Virus record (IMG/VR): IMGVR_UViG_3300030376_001264
Span: 1 to 29,493 of that record
Source of the DNA: a virus
Lineage: Duplodnaviria > Caudoviricetes
Reading direction: 5' to 3' (one strand)
Length of the DNA: 29,493 bases
Part shown: positions 1-7,526 of the stretch, in pieces
Position numbering within the stretch: position 1 is the first letter of the stretch
Layout of the letters: each line of letters begins with the position of its first letter
Translations under genes and position numbers: made by a program
The notes under the pieces: model-generated
Told to the model about the DNA's origin: nothing
What the model saw: the letters and a program-made list of their open reading frames with translations, nothing else
Databases searched by the model: none

Positions 1-100
1 ACTTATTAAGGAAGTTAAAGGCTGCAAAATCTATAAAACCTACTATCTCTAAACCTCATCACATTAATCTTTTAATCATTCGTGATACCTTTACTGATAA
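1..100. repeat. Terminal direct repeat, left copy (assembly circularisation overlap)
   Basis: Bases 1-100 match 29394-29493 except position 99 (A) versus 29492 (G). Confidence 0.97.
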
Positions 101-464
101 ATCAACTATCGGTGAGCTATTTGTTAATGGAGAGAGGTTTTGTGACACTTTAGAGTTACCATATAGAGATAATCAAAGAAGTATATCTTGCATTCCTTTA
201 GGACAGTATAAGGTAAGATTAAGATATGCAAGAGAAAGTGCTACAAGAAACTATTTGCACTTATTAGTTCAGGATGTAAAAGACCGCTCATACGTACTCT
301 TTCACAGAGGCAATACAGCTAAAGACACTAGAGGATGCATCCTAGTAGGACAAGGTACTCAACAAAATATTGTTTATAATTCAACTTTAGCAATGGATTT
401 ACTTATGAAAGAAATTATAAATTTGGGAGGCACAAATATTAATTTAATAATCAAAAATAAATAA
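3..464 (+). CDS. DUF5675-family L,D-peptidase-like protein, putative endolysin (5' end lies across the junction, in-frame ATG at 29372)
   Basis: The frame is open from base 3: ...LIIRDTFTDKSTIGELFVNGERFCDTLELPYRDNQRSISCIPLGQY...LFHRGNTAKDTRGCILVG. The HxGN..DTxGCILVG His/Cys motif is YkuD-like. The ORF track shows only the last 69 aa. Confidence 0.8.
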   Translation, partial: LLRKLKAAKSIKPTISKPHHINLLIIRDTFTDKSTIGELFVNGERFCDTLELPYRDNQRSISCIPLGQYKVRLRYARESATRNYLHLLVQDVKDRSYVLFHRGNTAKDTRGCILVGQGTQQNIVYNSTLAMDLLMKEIINLGGTNINLIIKNK

Positions 465-466
465 TT

Positions 467-649
467 ATGAAAACGTGGTTAATCACAACAATTTTAAAGT
501 CAAAGAAATTTTGGTACGCAGTAGGTTCTATTGTAGTTCCTGGTATTGTTACATTTTTAGGAGTTTCTCCTGAAACTGCACAAGAAATCTTTTACGCTGC
601 TTTAACTCTTGTACTTGGACAAGGAATTGCAGATGCGGCTAAAAGATAA
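467..649 (+). CDS. Holin-like small membrane protein
   Basis: 60 aa with two hydrophobic segments (SKKFWYAVGSIVVPGIVTFLG; IFYAALTLVLGQGIAD), directly after the putative endolysin. Confidence 0.65.
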   Translation: MKTWLITTILKSKKFWYAVGSIVVPGIVTFLGVSPETAQEIFYAALTLVLGQGIADAAKR

Positions 650-1382
650 TAGATACAGATTAAAACCGCACGAGATTCAAGTTATAGAAAATCTACGTAG
701 CAATAAGGTAAATAGGTTGGTGGTGGGAGATATTCATCTTCCATACACCCACCGAAACTATCTACAACATTGTATTGATATTTATCACAAATACAATTGT
801 AACGCTGTATCAATGACGGGGGATATAATTGATTCTCATTTTGCTAGTTTTCATCACACATCAACGGAAACAGATGGGAAGTATGAGTTGACAATGGCAA
901 TCGAACAAATAAAAGACTGGTATCAAGCCTTTAACAATGATACAGTTCCTAATGGTATTACAGTAACTCTAGGAAATCACGATTTGATTATATCAAGAAA
1001 AGCAGAAGATTCAGGAATAGATAAAAGATGGGTAAGAAATCTTAATGAAGTTCTTGGTTGTCCTGACTGGGTATTTGAAGAGCAATTTGTTCACGACAAT
1101 GTATTATACACACACGGAACAGGCTGCTCAGGAAAAGGGATAATGAAAAGAGTACAAAACTGGGGAACTTCTATGATACAGGGTCATATACACACCCAAA
1201 GTTTTGTTGACTTTACAGCATCTTTAAATGAACTGAAATTTGGAATGCAAGTACCAACAGGTATAGACTACAAGTCTTTTGCGTATGGCTATGCTAAGTT
1301 TCATACTGCAAAACCTATACTTGGATGTGCTGTTGTATTAGACTCAGGAAAACTACCTATAATAGAGCCAATGCCACTATAA
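633..1382 (+). CDS. Calcineurin-like metallophosphoesterase
   Basis: Motifs GDIHLP, GDIID, GNHD, THG and GHIH in order. ATG at 633 is preferred to the TTG at 609. Confidence 0.9.
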   Translation: MRLKDNRYRLKPHEIQVIENLRSNKVNRLVVGDIHLPYTHRNYLQHCIDIYHKYNCNAVSMTGDIIDSHFASFHHTSTETDGKYELTMAIEQIKDWYQAFNNDTVPNGITVTLGNHDLIISRKAEDSGIDKRWVRNLNEVLGCPDWVFEEQFVHDNVLYTHGTGCSGKGIMKRVQNWGTSMIQGHIHTQSFVDFTASLNELKFGMQVPTGIDYKSFAYGYAKFHTAKPILGCAVVLDSGKLPIIEPMPL

Positions 1383-1459
1383 TGGATAAAGACATAAACT
1401 GGCAGGTTTACACTATTTATTTTCTACTTATCTTATTTATTTTACTATTAAGTTTATAA
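1382..1459 (+). CDS. 25-aa single-TM micropeptide (MDKDINWQVYTIYFLLILFILLLSL)
   Basis: TAATG overlap with the upstream stop, and a hydrophobic stretch. Not in the ORF track. Confidence 0.55.
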   Translation: MDKDINWQVYTIYFLLILFILLLSL

Positions 1460-1496
1460 AAATCTTATCTAGTAAAACCTTTCTTAACACTTAAAT

Positions 1497-1531
1497 TGTT
1501 AATAACTTTGTAAGTAATTCTGTTTATAACT
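1497..1531. promoter_or_regulatory. Two DnaA-box-like direct repeats, TGTTAATAACT (1497) and TGTTTATAACT (1521)
   Basis: Near-identical 11-mers 24 bp apart in the large intergenic gap before the early genes; they resemble TGTGGATAA. Confidence 0.45.
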
Positions 1532-1543
1532 AATATTTCTTTG

Positions 1544-1551
1544 TACTTTTG
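1544..1551 (+). promoter_or_regulatory. Bacteroidota housekeeping-sigma -7 element (TACTTTTG), early promoter
   Basis: Exact TAnnTTTG, 27 nt upstream of the first early ATG (1579). A second match, TAACTTTG, lies at 1503-1510. Confidence 0.65.
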
Positions 1552-1578
1552 TACTATTAATAATTAAAAAAAAGAAAA

Positions 1579-1809
1579 ATGAAACTAACTAACAAGCAAA
1601 CAGGTATTACATTTACTTTAACACCAAAGGAAGCAGCAGACTTTTTTTATATGAAAGATAATAAAGGTCAATTTATTAACTGGAGAGAAGAGTATATTAT
1701 ACATAATTATGACAATGAAATAAGTCAGTTTAAATTTTATTTAATAATTACATCACTTCTTGCATTAGGATACGCTTCTTTTTATTTATTCTTACAATTT
1801 AACTACTAA
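1579..1809 (+). CDS. Hypothetical early protein with a C-terminal TM helix
   Basis: 76-aa ORF with an A-rich leader and hydrophobic C-terminus. Confidence 0.75.
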   Translation: MKLTNKQTGITFTLTPKEAADFFYMKDNKGQFINWREEYIIHNYDNEISQFKFYLIITSLLALGYASFYLFLQFNY

Positions 1810-1811
1810 TT

Positions 1812-2096
1812 ATGGAACTAATATGCGAATCTTTTTACTTCTATAATAATGGAGTATATAAAACAATTGAAAACAATTCACCTGATGGATGGTTTACAGA
1901 CCTTAAAAGAGTAGAACCAAGTATTAAGATATTTGGCACTAGGGAACAAATAGACAAGGCATTAGATGAATACATTAAACTAACAGGACTTAATTTGGAC
2001 GAGGTTTATGATTATGAAAATGAAGAAATGTTAAAAGTATATAAAGAAAAGTATAATAAAATGAATAATAACAAAGCATTAATAACAACAATATGA
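1812..2096 (+). CDS. Hypothetical early protein
   Basis: 94-aa ORF tightly packed in the operon. Confidence 0.75.
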   Translation: MELICESFYFYNNGVYKTIENNSPDGWFTDLKRVEPSIKIFGTREQIDKALDEYIKLTGLNLDEVYDYENEEMLKVYKEKYNKMNNNKALITTI

Positions 2097-2365
2097 TGAC
2101 AAATACTTTAAAAATTACAGATACTATTGATGAACTAATAGAAAAAGAAGAAAGGAGACAAGAAGTAGATGACCTAATACATAAAGCAATGAACAACATA
2201 AACTCCTTTCAATGTTGTGAGGGAGAGTTATATTTAAGAGGTTCAGATGAATATGGCAAAGACTTTCAAGTCTGCTTTAATGCTTATGATTTTCTTGATT
2301 GGATAGACACAGAACAAATAGAATATATAAAAGAACAATTAATAAAACACATAAAAACGAAATGA
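2093..2365 (+). CDS. Hypothetical early protein
   Basis: 90-aa ORF with ATGA overlaps at both ends. Confidence 0.75.
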   Translation: MMTNTLKITDTIDELIEKEERRQEVDDLIHKAMNNINSFQCCEGELYLRGSDEYGKDFQVCFNAYDFLDWIDTEQIEYIKEQLIKHIKTK

Positions 2366-2829
2366 AAAAAAACTTAAAAGAATTATGCAGAGAGCTTCCA
2401 TATAAGTGGAGGGTTCAGTCAACTAAATTTGGAACAACTACTTGTGTTGCTTATATTGATGCTAGAGATTGTATGGATTTGTTAGATGATGTTGTAGGTG
2501 TTGGAAATTGGAAAAAGTCATATTATTCGGCTGATGGACTTTTGTTTTGTAGAGTAGAAATATTTAATGGCAAGGAATGGGTTTGGCAAGATGATACAGG
2601 TTCAGAAAGTAATGTAGAAAAAGATAAGGGTCATGCTTCAGATGCTTTTAAGAGAGCTTGTGTTGGTTTTGGTATTGGTAGATTTTTGTATAGATTGCCT
2701 ATTCAAAGATTAAAAACTAAGAAACATACTAATGGAAAAGAATATCCATATGCACCAGAAAAAGATAAAATAATTTTTGATGGAGATACTTTGACAAAGT
2801 ACATAAACTGGAAACTTAAAAATAAATAA
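2362..2829 (+). CDS. sak: Rad52/Rad22-like (Sak) single-strand annealing protein
   Basis: AYIDAR and SDAFKRACVGFGIGRFLY motifs. Start at ATG 2362 (ATGA overlap) rather than 2299. Confidence 0.88.
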   Translation: MKKNLKELCRELPYKWRVQSTKFGTTTCVAYIDARDCMDLLDDVVGVGNWKKSYYSADGLLFCRVEIFNGKEWVWQDDTGSESNVEKDKGHASDAFKRACVGFGIGRFLYRLPIQRLKTKKHTNGKEYPYAPEKDKIIFDGDTLTKYINWKLKNK

Positions 2830-2832
2830 TAT

Positions 2833-2920
2833 AGGTTGTGAAAGGGTTAGGTATTAAACATTTAATAATTAGCTGTTATACTTTGTGAATTTACCAACTC
2901 CTTTTCACTTCCTTTTTTTT
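2833..2920 (+). terminator. Long imperfect hairpin with a large loop followed by T8 (terminator or structured RNA)
   Basis: GTGAAAGGG (2838-2846) pairs with CCTTTTCAC (2900-2908), extended by AGG/CCT outside and GGTA/TACC inside; T-run at 2913-2920. Confidence 0.6.
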
Positions 2921-2939
2921 AATAACTAAATAAAATAAT

Positions 2940-3116
2940 ATGGAAACAAACATGCCTAGAAACAGTATTAACACACCTTTAGAAAAAAATGAAAGAGTAG
3001 AATTTTTTATGAAAGAAAATGAAAGGGTTAGAGAGTATAGTTTAAGACTAAAACTTGAGCTTATTAAAACAAAGGATAAGCTAAATAAAATTAAAAAAAT
3101 AATTAACAAACAATAA
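2940..3116 (+). CDS. Hypothetical 58-aa coiled-coil protein (METNMPRNSINTPLEKNERVEFF...)
   Basis: Translated by hand; A-rich leader; fills the gap; below the ORF-track cutoff. Confidence 0.7.
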   Translation: METNMPRNSINTPLEKNERVEFFMKENERVREYSLRLKLELIKTKDKLNKIKKIINKQ

Positions 3117-3121
3117 TAAAC

Positions 3122-3310
3122 ATGAAAAAGTACAAAGTTAAAAATTTAAAAAAAGTAAATTATGGTGGTGAATTTACTTTAGTAGAAAAATGGTTTAAAA
3201 ATGGAATAGAAAAATGCAAGGTTGTAAATGAGTCAGGCTGGGAGTATGTCTGTGAATTAAAGAATCTGGAAGAAATTAAAACAAAGTCTAATAAAAACAA
3301 AAAGAAATAA
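3122..3310 (+). CDS. Hypothetical protein
   Basis: 62-aa ORF within the operon. Confidence 0.7.
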   Translation: MKKYKVKNLKKVNYGGEFTLVEKWFKNGIEKCKVVNESGWEYVCELKNLEEIKTKSNKNKKK

Positions 3311-3312
3311 AA

Positions 3313-3636
3313 ATGGAAATTAAAGGAAAAATCAGTAAAATTTTACCGCTTGAAACAGGTATATCAAAAGCAGGTAAAGAATGGAAAAAGCAAGAAGTTA
3401 TCTTAAAACAGTTTGATAAATTTGAGACTGACGTGTGTATTACAGCTTTTGGTGATGACTCATTAAAAAAGCTAAATGGGTTTAATGTTGGCGATACAGT
3501 AAGTGCAGCAGTAAACATTAAGAGTAATGAATTTAATGGTAAGTATTATACTAGCGTAAATGCTTGGCAATGGAACAATAAAAATTCAGAAAGCAATGAA
3601 GGCTTTGTTACTACTGATGATAATGATCCATTTTAA
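3313..3636 (+). CDS. DUF3127-family OB-fold, SSB-like protein
   Basis: MEIKGKI..ILP..G.SKAGKEWKKQE...S.EFNGKYYT.V.AW pattern and an acidic DDNDPF tail typical of SSBs. Confidence 0.85.
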   Translation: MEIKGKISKILPLETGISKAGKEWKKQEVILKQFDKFETDVCITAFGDDSLKKLNGFNVGDTVSAAVNIKSNEFNGKYYTSVNAWQWNNKNSESNEGFVTTDDNDPF

Positions 3637-3637
3637 G

Positions 3638-4147
3638 ATGACAGAAAAGTTAAATTTTAAAGCTATATGCAACCTCACTACAGAAGTAATGGGGTTGCCT
3701 AAAGGCTCTTTGTCAGATAAAAGTAGAAAAAGACAATTGCAGTCATCTAGGTCAATTGCTGCATATATTGGCTTGACAGAAGAAAAAATTAGTAGATATG
3801 TTATAGCAGAAGTTTTAGATAGGGATAGATCTTTAACATATCATTATGTAAAATCACATAAAAAAAATTTTAAAAAATGTAAAATTTATAGAAATGCTTT
3901 TACTAAAGTGTATAAAAAGTATTTAGATGTAGATGGTGAAAAAGAAATATTTATATCTGGTAGACATATGAAAAATTATTTATTACAAAACAAGGTTAAT
4001 GAATCAAGAAAATCAGATGTCAAATTAGAGGTTAAAAGTGGTAATGCTAAGTGTATTATACATACTACGTATTTTGATTTTTCTAATCAAATTGAAAATA
4101 TTAAATTAGCACTCGAAAATTATCATTTTGCAATTAAAATAATATAA
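3638..4147 (+). CDS. Protein with an N-terminal DnaA domain-IV-like HTH
   Basis: SRKRQLQSSRSIAAYIG...IAEVLDRDRSLTYHY resembles the DnaA C-terminal signature (R...ARQIAMYL...IG..F.RDHTTV.H). Start at ATG 3638. Confidence 0.6.
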   Translation: MTEKLNFKAICNLTTEVMGLPKGSLSDKSRKRQLQSSRSIAAYIGLTEEKISRYVIAEVLDRDRSLTYHYVKSHKKNFKKCKIYRNAFTKVYKKYLDVDGEKEIFISGRHMKNYLLQNKVNESRKSDVKLEVKSGNAKCIIHTTYFDFSNQIENIKLALENYHFAIKII

Positions 4148-4788
4148 TGAACAAACCAAACTACTATGCCATCATACCAGCTGAAGTAAGATATGCAGAC
4201 ATAACACCAAACGCTAAATTACTTTATGCAGAAATAACTGCTTTATTGCAAATGAATGGTGTTTGCTTTGCTTCTAACAAATACTTTAGTGATTTATATA
4301 ATAAGAATAAGGTAACAATATCAAGATGGATAAGTGAATTAAATAAAAAAGGATTTATAAAAATTACTTTTACATACAAAGAAGGTAGTAACGAAATTGC
4401 TAATAGGTATATACAAATTTGTAAAGAAGGCATTAACAAAGATGATCAAGAGGTATTAGCAAAAATGCTAAAGAGTAACAATACAAGTATTAATAATAAT
4501 ATTACATATAGTAATAAAAAGGCTCTCTTTAAAAAACCAACTATTGATGATATTAAAAATTATTGTAACTTACGAAAGAATAATATAGATGCAGAAGCCT
4601 TTTATGATTTTTATGAAAGTAAAGATTGGAAAATTGGCAAAAACAAAATGAAAGATTGGAAGGCTTGTGTTCGTACTTGGGAACGTAGAGAAACAAAAAA
4701 ACCCACAATGAGCAAAATACATCAACACTTGCAGAAAAATATGAATGTAAAAGAAAAAATAAAAAAAAGATTTAATGATATTAATTAA
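4147..4788 (+). CDS. Phage replication initiator (N-terminal winged HTH, conserved C-terminal domain)
   Basis: YYAIIPAEVRY..ITPNAKLLYAEITAL...FASNKYFSDLY..NKVTISRWISEL, a low-complexity linker, and FYDFYESKDWKIGKNKMKDWKACVRTWE. Confidence 0.8.
   Translation: MNKPNYYAIIPAEVRYADITPNAKLLYAEITALLQMNGVCFASNKYFSDLYNKNKVTISRWISELNKKGFIKITFTYKEGSNEIANRYIQICKEGINKDDQEVLAKMLKSNNTSINNNITYSNKKALFKKPTIDDIKNYCNLRKNNIDAEAFYDFYESKDWKIGKNKMKDWKACVRTWERRETKKPTMSKIHQHLQKNMNVKEKIKKRFNDIN
4383..4530. repeat. Putative replication origin: four iterons plus an AT-rich tract inside the initiator gene
   Basis: Repeats start at 4383, 4405, 4428 and 4451 (consensus AGGTATTAACAAAnnTGCTAA, spacing 22/23/23) and are followed by an AT-rich stretch. 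Confidence 0.7.
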
Positions 4789-5143
4789 AACAATGTCAAA
4801 AGAAGACTTATTATTGTCTTGTGTTGATTTATTAACTAGAACATATGTTGAAATAGGTCAACATAATACAGAGGAAGAGTCAATTGAAAATATGGCAGAA
4901 AATTTAGCATATGATTTATATAGAATGTATAAAAACTTTTATTTTGAAGATGCTATAAATGCTTTTAGGCTAGGTGTAAGAAGTCCAATTAAAGGTGATT
5001 TTATACATTTAACTGTTCCTGTTTATATAAAATGGTTAAAACAACATAAAGAATTAATATGGTATGCAAGATCTTTAGTTGATCAAGGAGAAGACCCAAA
5101 ACAAGTTTTACATTACAGACCAGAACCAAAATTACTAAAATGA
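4775..5143 (+). CDS. Hypothetical protein, possibly a helicase loader by position
   Basis: 122-aa ORF overlapping the end of the initiator (lambda O-P-like position). Function is inferred from position only. Confidence 0.65.
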   Translation: MILIKTMSKEDLLLSCVDLLTRTYVEIGQHNTEEESIENMAENLAYDLYRMYKNFYFEDAINAFRLGVRSPIKGDFIHLTVPVYIKWLKQHKELIWYARSLVDQGEDPKQVLHYRPEPKLLK

Positions 5144-5202
5144 TAGGCTGGGTATTAATCGCAGCAATAGTGCTGCATATAAACTATAAATTGAAAGAAT
5201 GA
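5140..5202 (+). CDS. 20-aa hydrophobic micropeptide (MIGWVLIAAIVLHINYKLKE)
   Basis: ATGA overlaps with both neighbouring genes. Confidence 0.55.
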   Translation: MIGWVLIAAIVLHINYKLKE

Positions 5203-5417
5203 AAACACTAACACAAAAACAAAGAATCATTAGACATTTAAATGACAAAGGAGCAATCACATCAAGAGAGGCAATGAATGAATATGGAATCATGAGATTA
5301 TCATCAAGAGTATGTGAATTAAGAGATGAAGGTTATAATATTAGAAGTGAATTTGTAAGCAGTAGAAATAGATATAATGAACCTGTATCATTTAGTAAAT
5401 ACTCTATAATAGATTAA
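5199..5417 (+). CDS. Winged helix-turn-helix protein (HTH_39-like)
   Basis: TQKQRIIRHL...ITSREA...YGIMRLSSRVCELRDEGYNI pattern. Confidence 0.8.
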   Translation: MKTLTQKQRIIRHLNDKGAITSREAMNEYGIMRLSSRVCELRDEGYNIRSEFVSSRNRYNEPVSFSKYSIID

Positions 5418-5418
5418 A

Positions 5419-5832
5419 ATGGCAACAAAGTCCATTAGTAAACTAAAAAAAGAACTTGACAAATACTTTAGCTTATTTATTAGATTAAGAGATGCAACAG
5501 ATGAAGGTGCGGTACAATGTATAACTTGCGGATGCATTAAGCATTATAAATTAGGGATGCAAAATGGACACTTTCAGTCGAGAGGATTTTTATCTACTAG
5601 ATTCGATGAAATAAATTGTCAACCACAATGTGTCGGATGTAATATGTTTAAACAGGGCGAACAATACAAGTTTGCTTTAGCCTTAGATGCTAAATATGGT
5701 GAGGGGACTGCACAGGAGTTACAATTTAAAGCAAAACAAATTCATAAGATTTCTAGGGTAGATTATGAAGATAAAATAAGTTATTACAAACAGGCTGTTA
5801 AAAACTTAAAAAAAGAAAAAGGGTTAGAATAA
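5419..5832 (+). CDS. ninG: NinG/Rap-family HNH-like recombination endonuclease
   Basis: LDKYFSLFIRLRD, CITCG, GHFQSR, RFDEINCQPQCVGCN motifs. Confidence 0.88.
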   Translation: MATKSISKLKKELDKYFSLFIRLRDATDEGAVQCITCGCIKHYKLGMQNGHFQSRGFLSTRFDEINCQPQCVGCNMFKQGEQYKFALALDAKYGEGTAQELQFKAKQIHKISRVDYEDKISYYKQAVKNLKKEKGLE

Positions 5833-5842
5833 ACTTTTATTT

Positions 5843-5850
5843 TAATTTAG
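5843..5850 (+). promoter_or_regulatory. Host-type -7 promoter variant (TAATTTAG) for the operon containing the sigma factor
   Basis: One mismatch to TAnnTTTG, 4 nt before ATG 5855, within a 22-nt intergenic gap. Confidence 0.45.
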
Positions 5851-5854
5851 CCGT

Positions 5855-6211
5855 ATGCACACACCAATTTATTCAAGCGAAGAACATAGGTTGATAGTTG
5901 AGTCATACATTACAATGTGCAAACAGTTTACAGAAGAGGTCGCATCCCAAGCAAGGTACAAGAATTATTTAGAGGTTATTGATTTAATAGTAGAATATTC
6001 AAACGGATATGGTGAAGGGGTAAGAGAAAACAATTTTTACGACTGGATAGTAATCTTACCAATTAACATCTCAGTTGCAACAAGTGGCTTTTATGCAGGA
6101 ATAGAAACAAAAACAAACTCAGCAGTTATACGAGCATACAAGGTGGTCTTAGAACAATTACTGACCGAGACCGTAACAAGACTTGATGAGATAGAACCTG
6201 ACAATGACTGA
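5855..6211 (+). CDS. Hypothetical protein
   Basis: 118-aa ORF overlapping the start of the sigma-like gene. Confidence 0.75.
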   Translation: MHTPIYSSEEHRLIVESYITMCKQFTEEVASQARYKNYLEVIDLIVEYSNGYGEGVRENNFYDWIVILPINISVATSGFYAGIETKTNSAVIRAYKVVLEQLLTETVTRLDEIEPDND

Positions 6212-6791
6212 TATTTATATTGAAATATCAAAGCTAACAGATAAGTTCAGGACTATGGCTTATCGCTTTACAAATGATGAAAACAAAGTAAATGAGGCAG
6301 TTCAAGAGCTTATGCTTTATTTTTTACAGCAAATGAATCCTGATACACTAAGAAGTGTATATGAAAAAGATGGTGTTGAAGGATTGACAAGGTATGGTGC
6401 TGTCGCATTAAGAAGGTCTTTAACAAGTAAGCGTAGCAATTTTTATTATAAGTATGGAAAATATTATACCCACATAGATGAATTTACAAGCACGATTACT
6501 TATGATGTGATTGAAACTGGAGAGGTTATCCCAAACAAGCATCTTTATAATTTACCTAATGAAGATGAAGACGTAAATCACAATAATACTTTATACAAAT
6601 TAGAATTAATCGACGTAGAGCTTGATAAATTAGAATCTTGGTACGATCGTGAATTATTTAAGCTCTATTATTATGATGGCAATACTCTCGATTCACTTGC
6701 TGATAAGACTGGTATAAGCAGAAATAGTATATTTACAACAATAGACAAAGTAAGAACAATTTTAAAAAAAGAATTAAATGAAGATGTATAA
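6204..6791 (+). CDS. ECF/sigma-70-like RNA polymerase sigma factor
   Basis: Region-2-like AYRFT...EAVQELMLYFL and region-4 HTH LDKLESWYDRELFKLYYYDGNTLDSLADKTGISRNSIFTTIDKVRTILK; about 195 aa. Confidence 0.75.
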   Translation: MTDIYIEISKLTDKFRTMAYRFTNDENKVNEAVQELMLYFLQQMNPDTLRSVYEKDGVEGLTRYGAVALRRSLTSKRSNFYYKYGKYYTHIDEFTSTITYDVIETGEVIPNKHLYNLPNEDEDVNHNNTLYKLELIDVELDKLESWYDRELFKLYYYDGNTLDSLADKTGISRNSIFTTIDKVRTILKKELNEDV

Positions 6792-6879
6792 CCCAAAAAC
6801 ACACGACAGTTTTGTAATGCAATTTGGAATTAAACACCCAGATTGGAGACAACCATATTGGACAGTAAAGAGTGAATAA
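6778..6879 (+). CDS. 33-aa hypothetical peptide (MKMYNPKTHDSFVMQFGIKHPDWRQPYWTVKSE)
   Basis: Bridges the sigma gene and the next GTG start with short overlaps. Confidence 0.55.
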   Translation: MKMYNPKTHDSFVMQFGIKHPDWRQPYWTVKSE

Positions 6880-7276
6880 ATTTTTTGTTCCTAATAATGT
6901 TTATGAAGATAGAATATCAATCTGTAGGGATTGCATATTTTATTTTAAACCAACAGGCACATGTAAGGATTGCGGCTGCTTTATGAAAATCAAGGCACGC
7001 TTAGCACCTATGGAATGCAGTCAAAAGAAATGGCAAAAAACAACTAAGATAGAAACACCTGATGATTTACCACAAGAAATAATAGATGAAATATTAGAGA
7101 TGTGGAAAGACTTAAAAACAGGAAGAGCAAAAAATGTAGATGCAAAAAAGCGAATGATAGAAACCTACAACACAATACATGGCACTAATTATTCTAACAC
7201 TACTAATTGTGGTTCATGTATAAGCACTTGCTTTGATGGAATTAAAAAACTATATAAAAAATATAAAAATGACTAA
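6872..7276 (+). CDS. Cys-rich metal-binding protein (DUF6171-like N-terminus)
   Basis: RISICRDC...CKDCGCFMKIKARL...CSQKKW plus a C-terminal TNCGSC. Confidence 0.7.
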   Translation: MNKFFVPNNVYEDRISICRDCIFYFKPTGTCKDCGCFMKIKARLAPMECSQKKWQKTTKIETPDDLPQEIIDEILEMWKDLKTGRAKNVDAKKRMIETYNTIHGTNYSNTTNCGSCISTCFDGIKKLYKKYKND

Positions 7277-7526
7277 AGATTATAAAAAAACCCCGCAACC
7301 TCATTACTATACAGGAAACTTATATGGCTATTCAGCTAAAGATATAGTTGATGACTTTGATTTAAGTGCGTGGAAAGCTCAAGCAGTACAGTATATATTA
7401 CGAGCAGGAAACAAGGAGGGCAATCCTCCAGAGCAAGATATACAGAAAGCGATAAACGTATTGTATTTTGAATTAGAAAAAATACACGAAGAAAGTAAAA
7501 CATTAACTGGAGGGATAGCACAATGA
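7269..7526 (+). CDS. DUF3310-family protein
   Basis: PQPHYY...AVQYILRAGNKEG...QDIQKA motif; ATG at 7269. Confidence 0.8.
   Translation: MTKDYKKTPQPHYYTGNLYGYSAKDIVDDFDLSAWKAQAVQYILRAGNKEGNPPEQDIQKAINVLYFELEKIHEESKTLTGGIAQ

Noticed and set aside
1-100. Terminal repeat as a biological virion DTR
   Set aside because: It is a round 100 bp and cuts through coding sequence, which fits an assembler overlap of a circular or permuted genome better than a true packaging end.
288-302. 15-bp exact repeat TCATACGTACTCTTT, also at 28425-28439
   Set aside because: Both copies encode SYVLF inside unrelated genes; a few matches of this length are expected by chance in an AT-rich 29 kb sequence, and no integrase suggests an att site.
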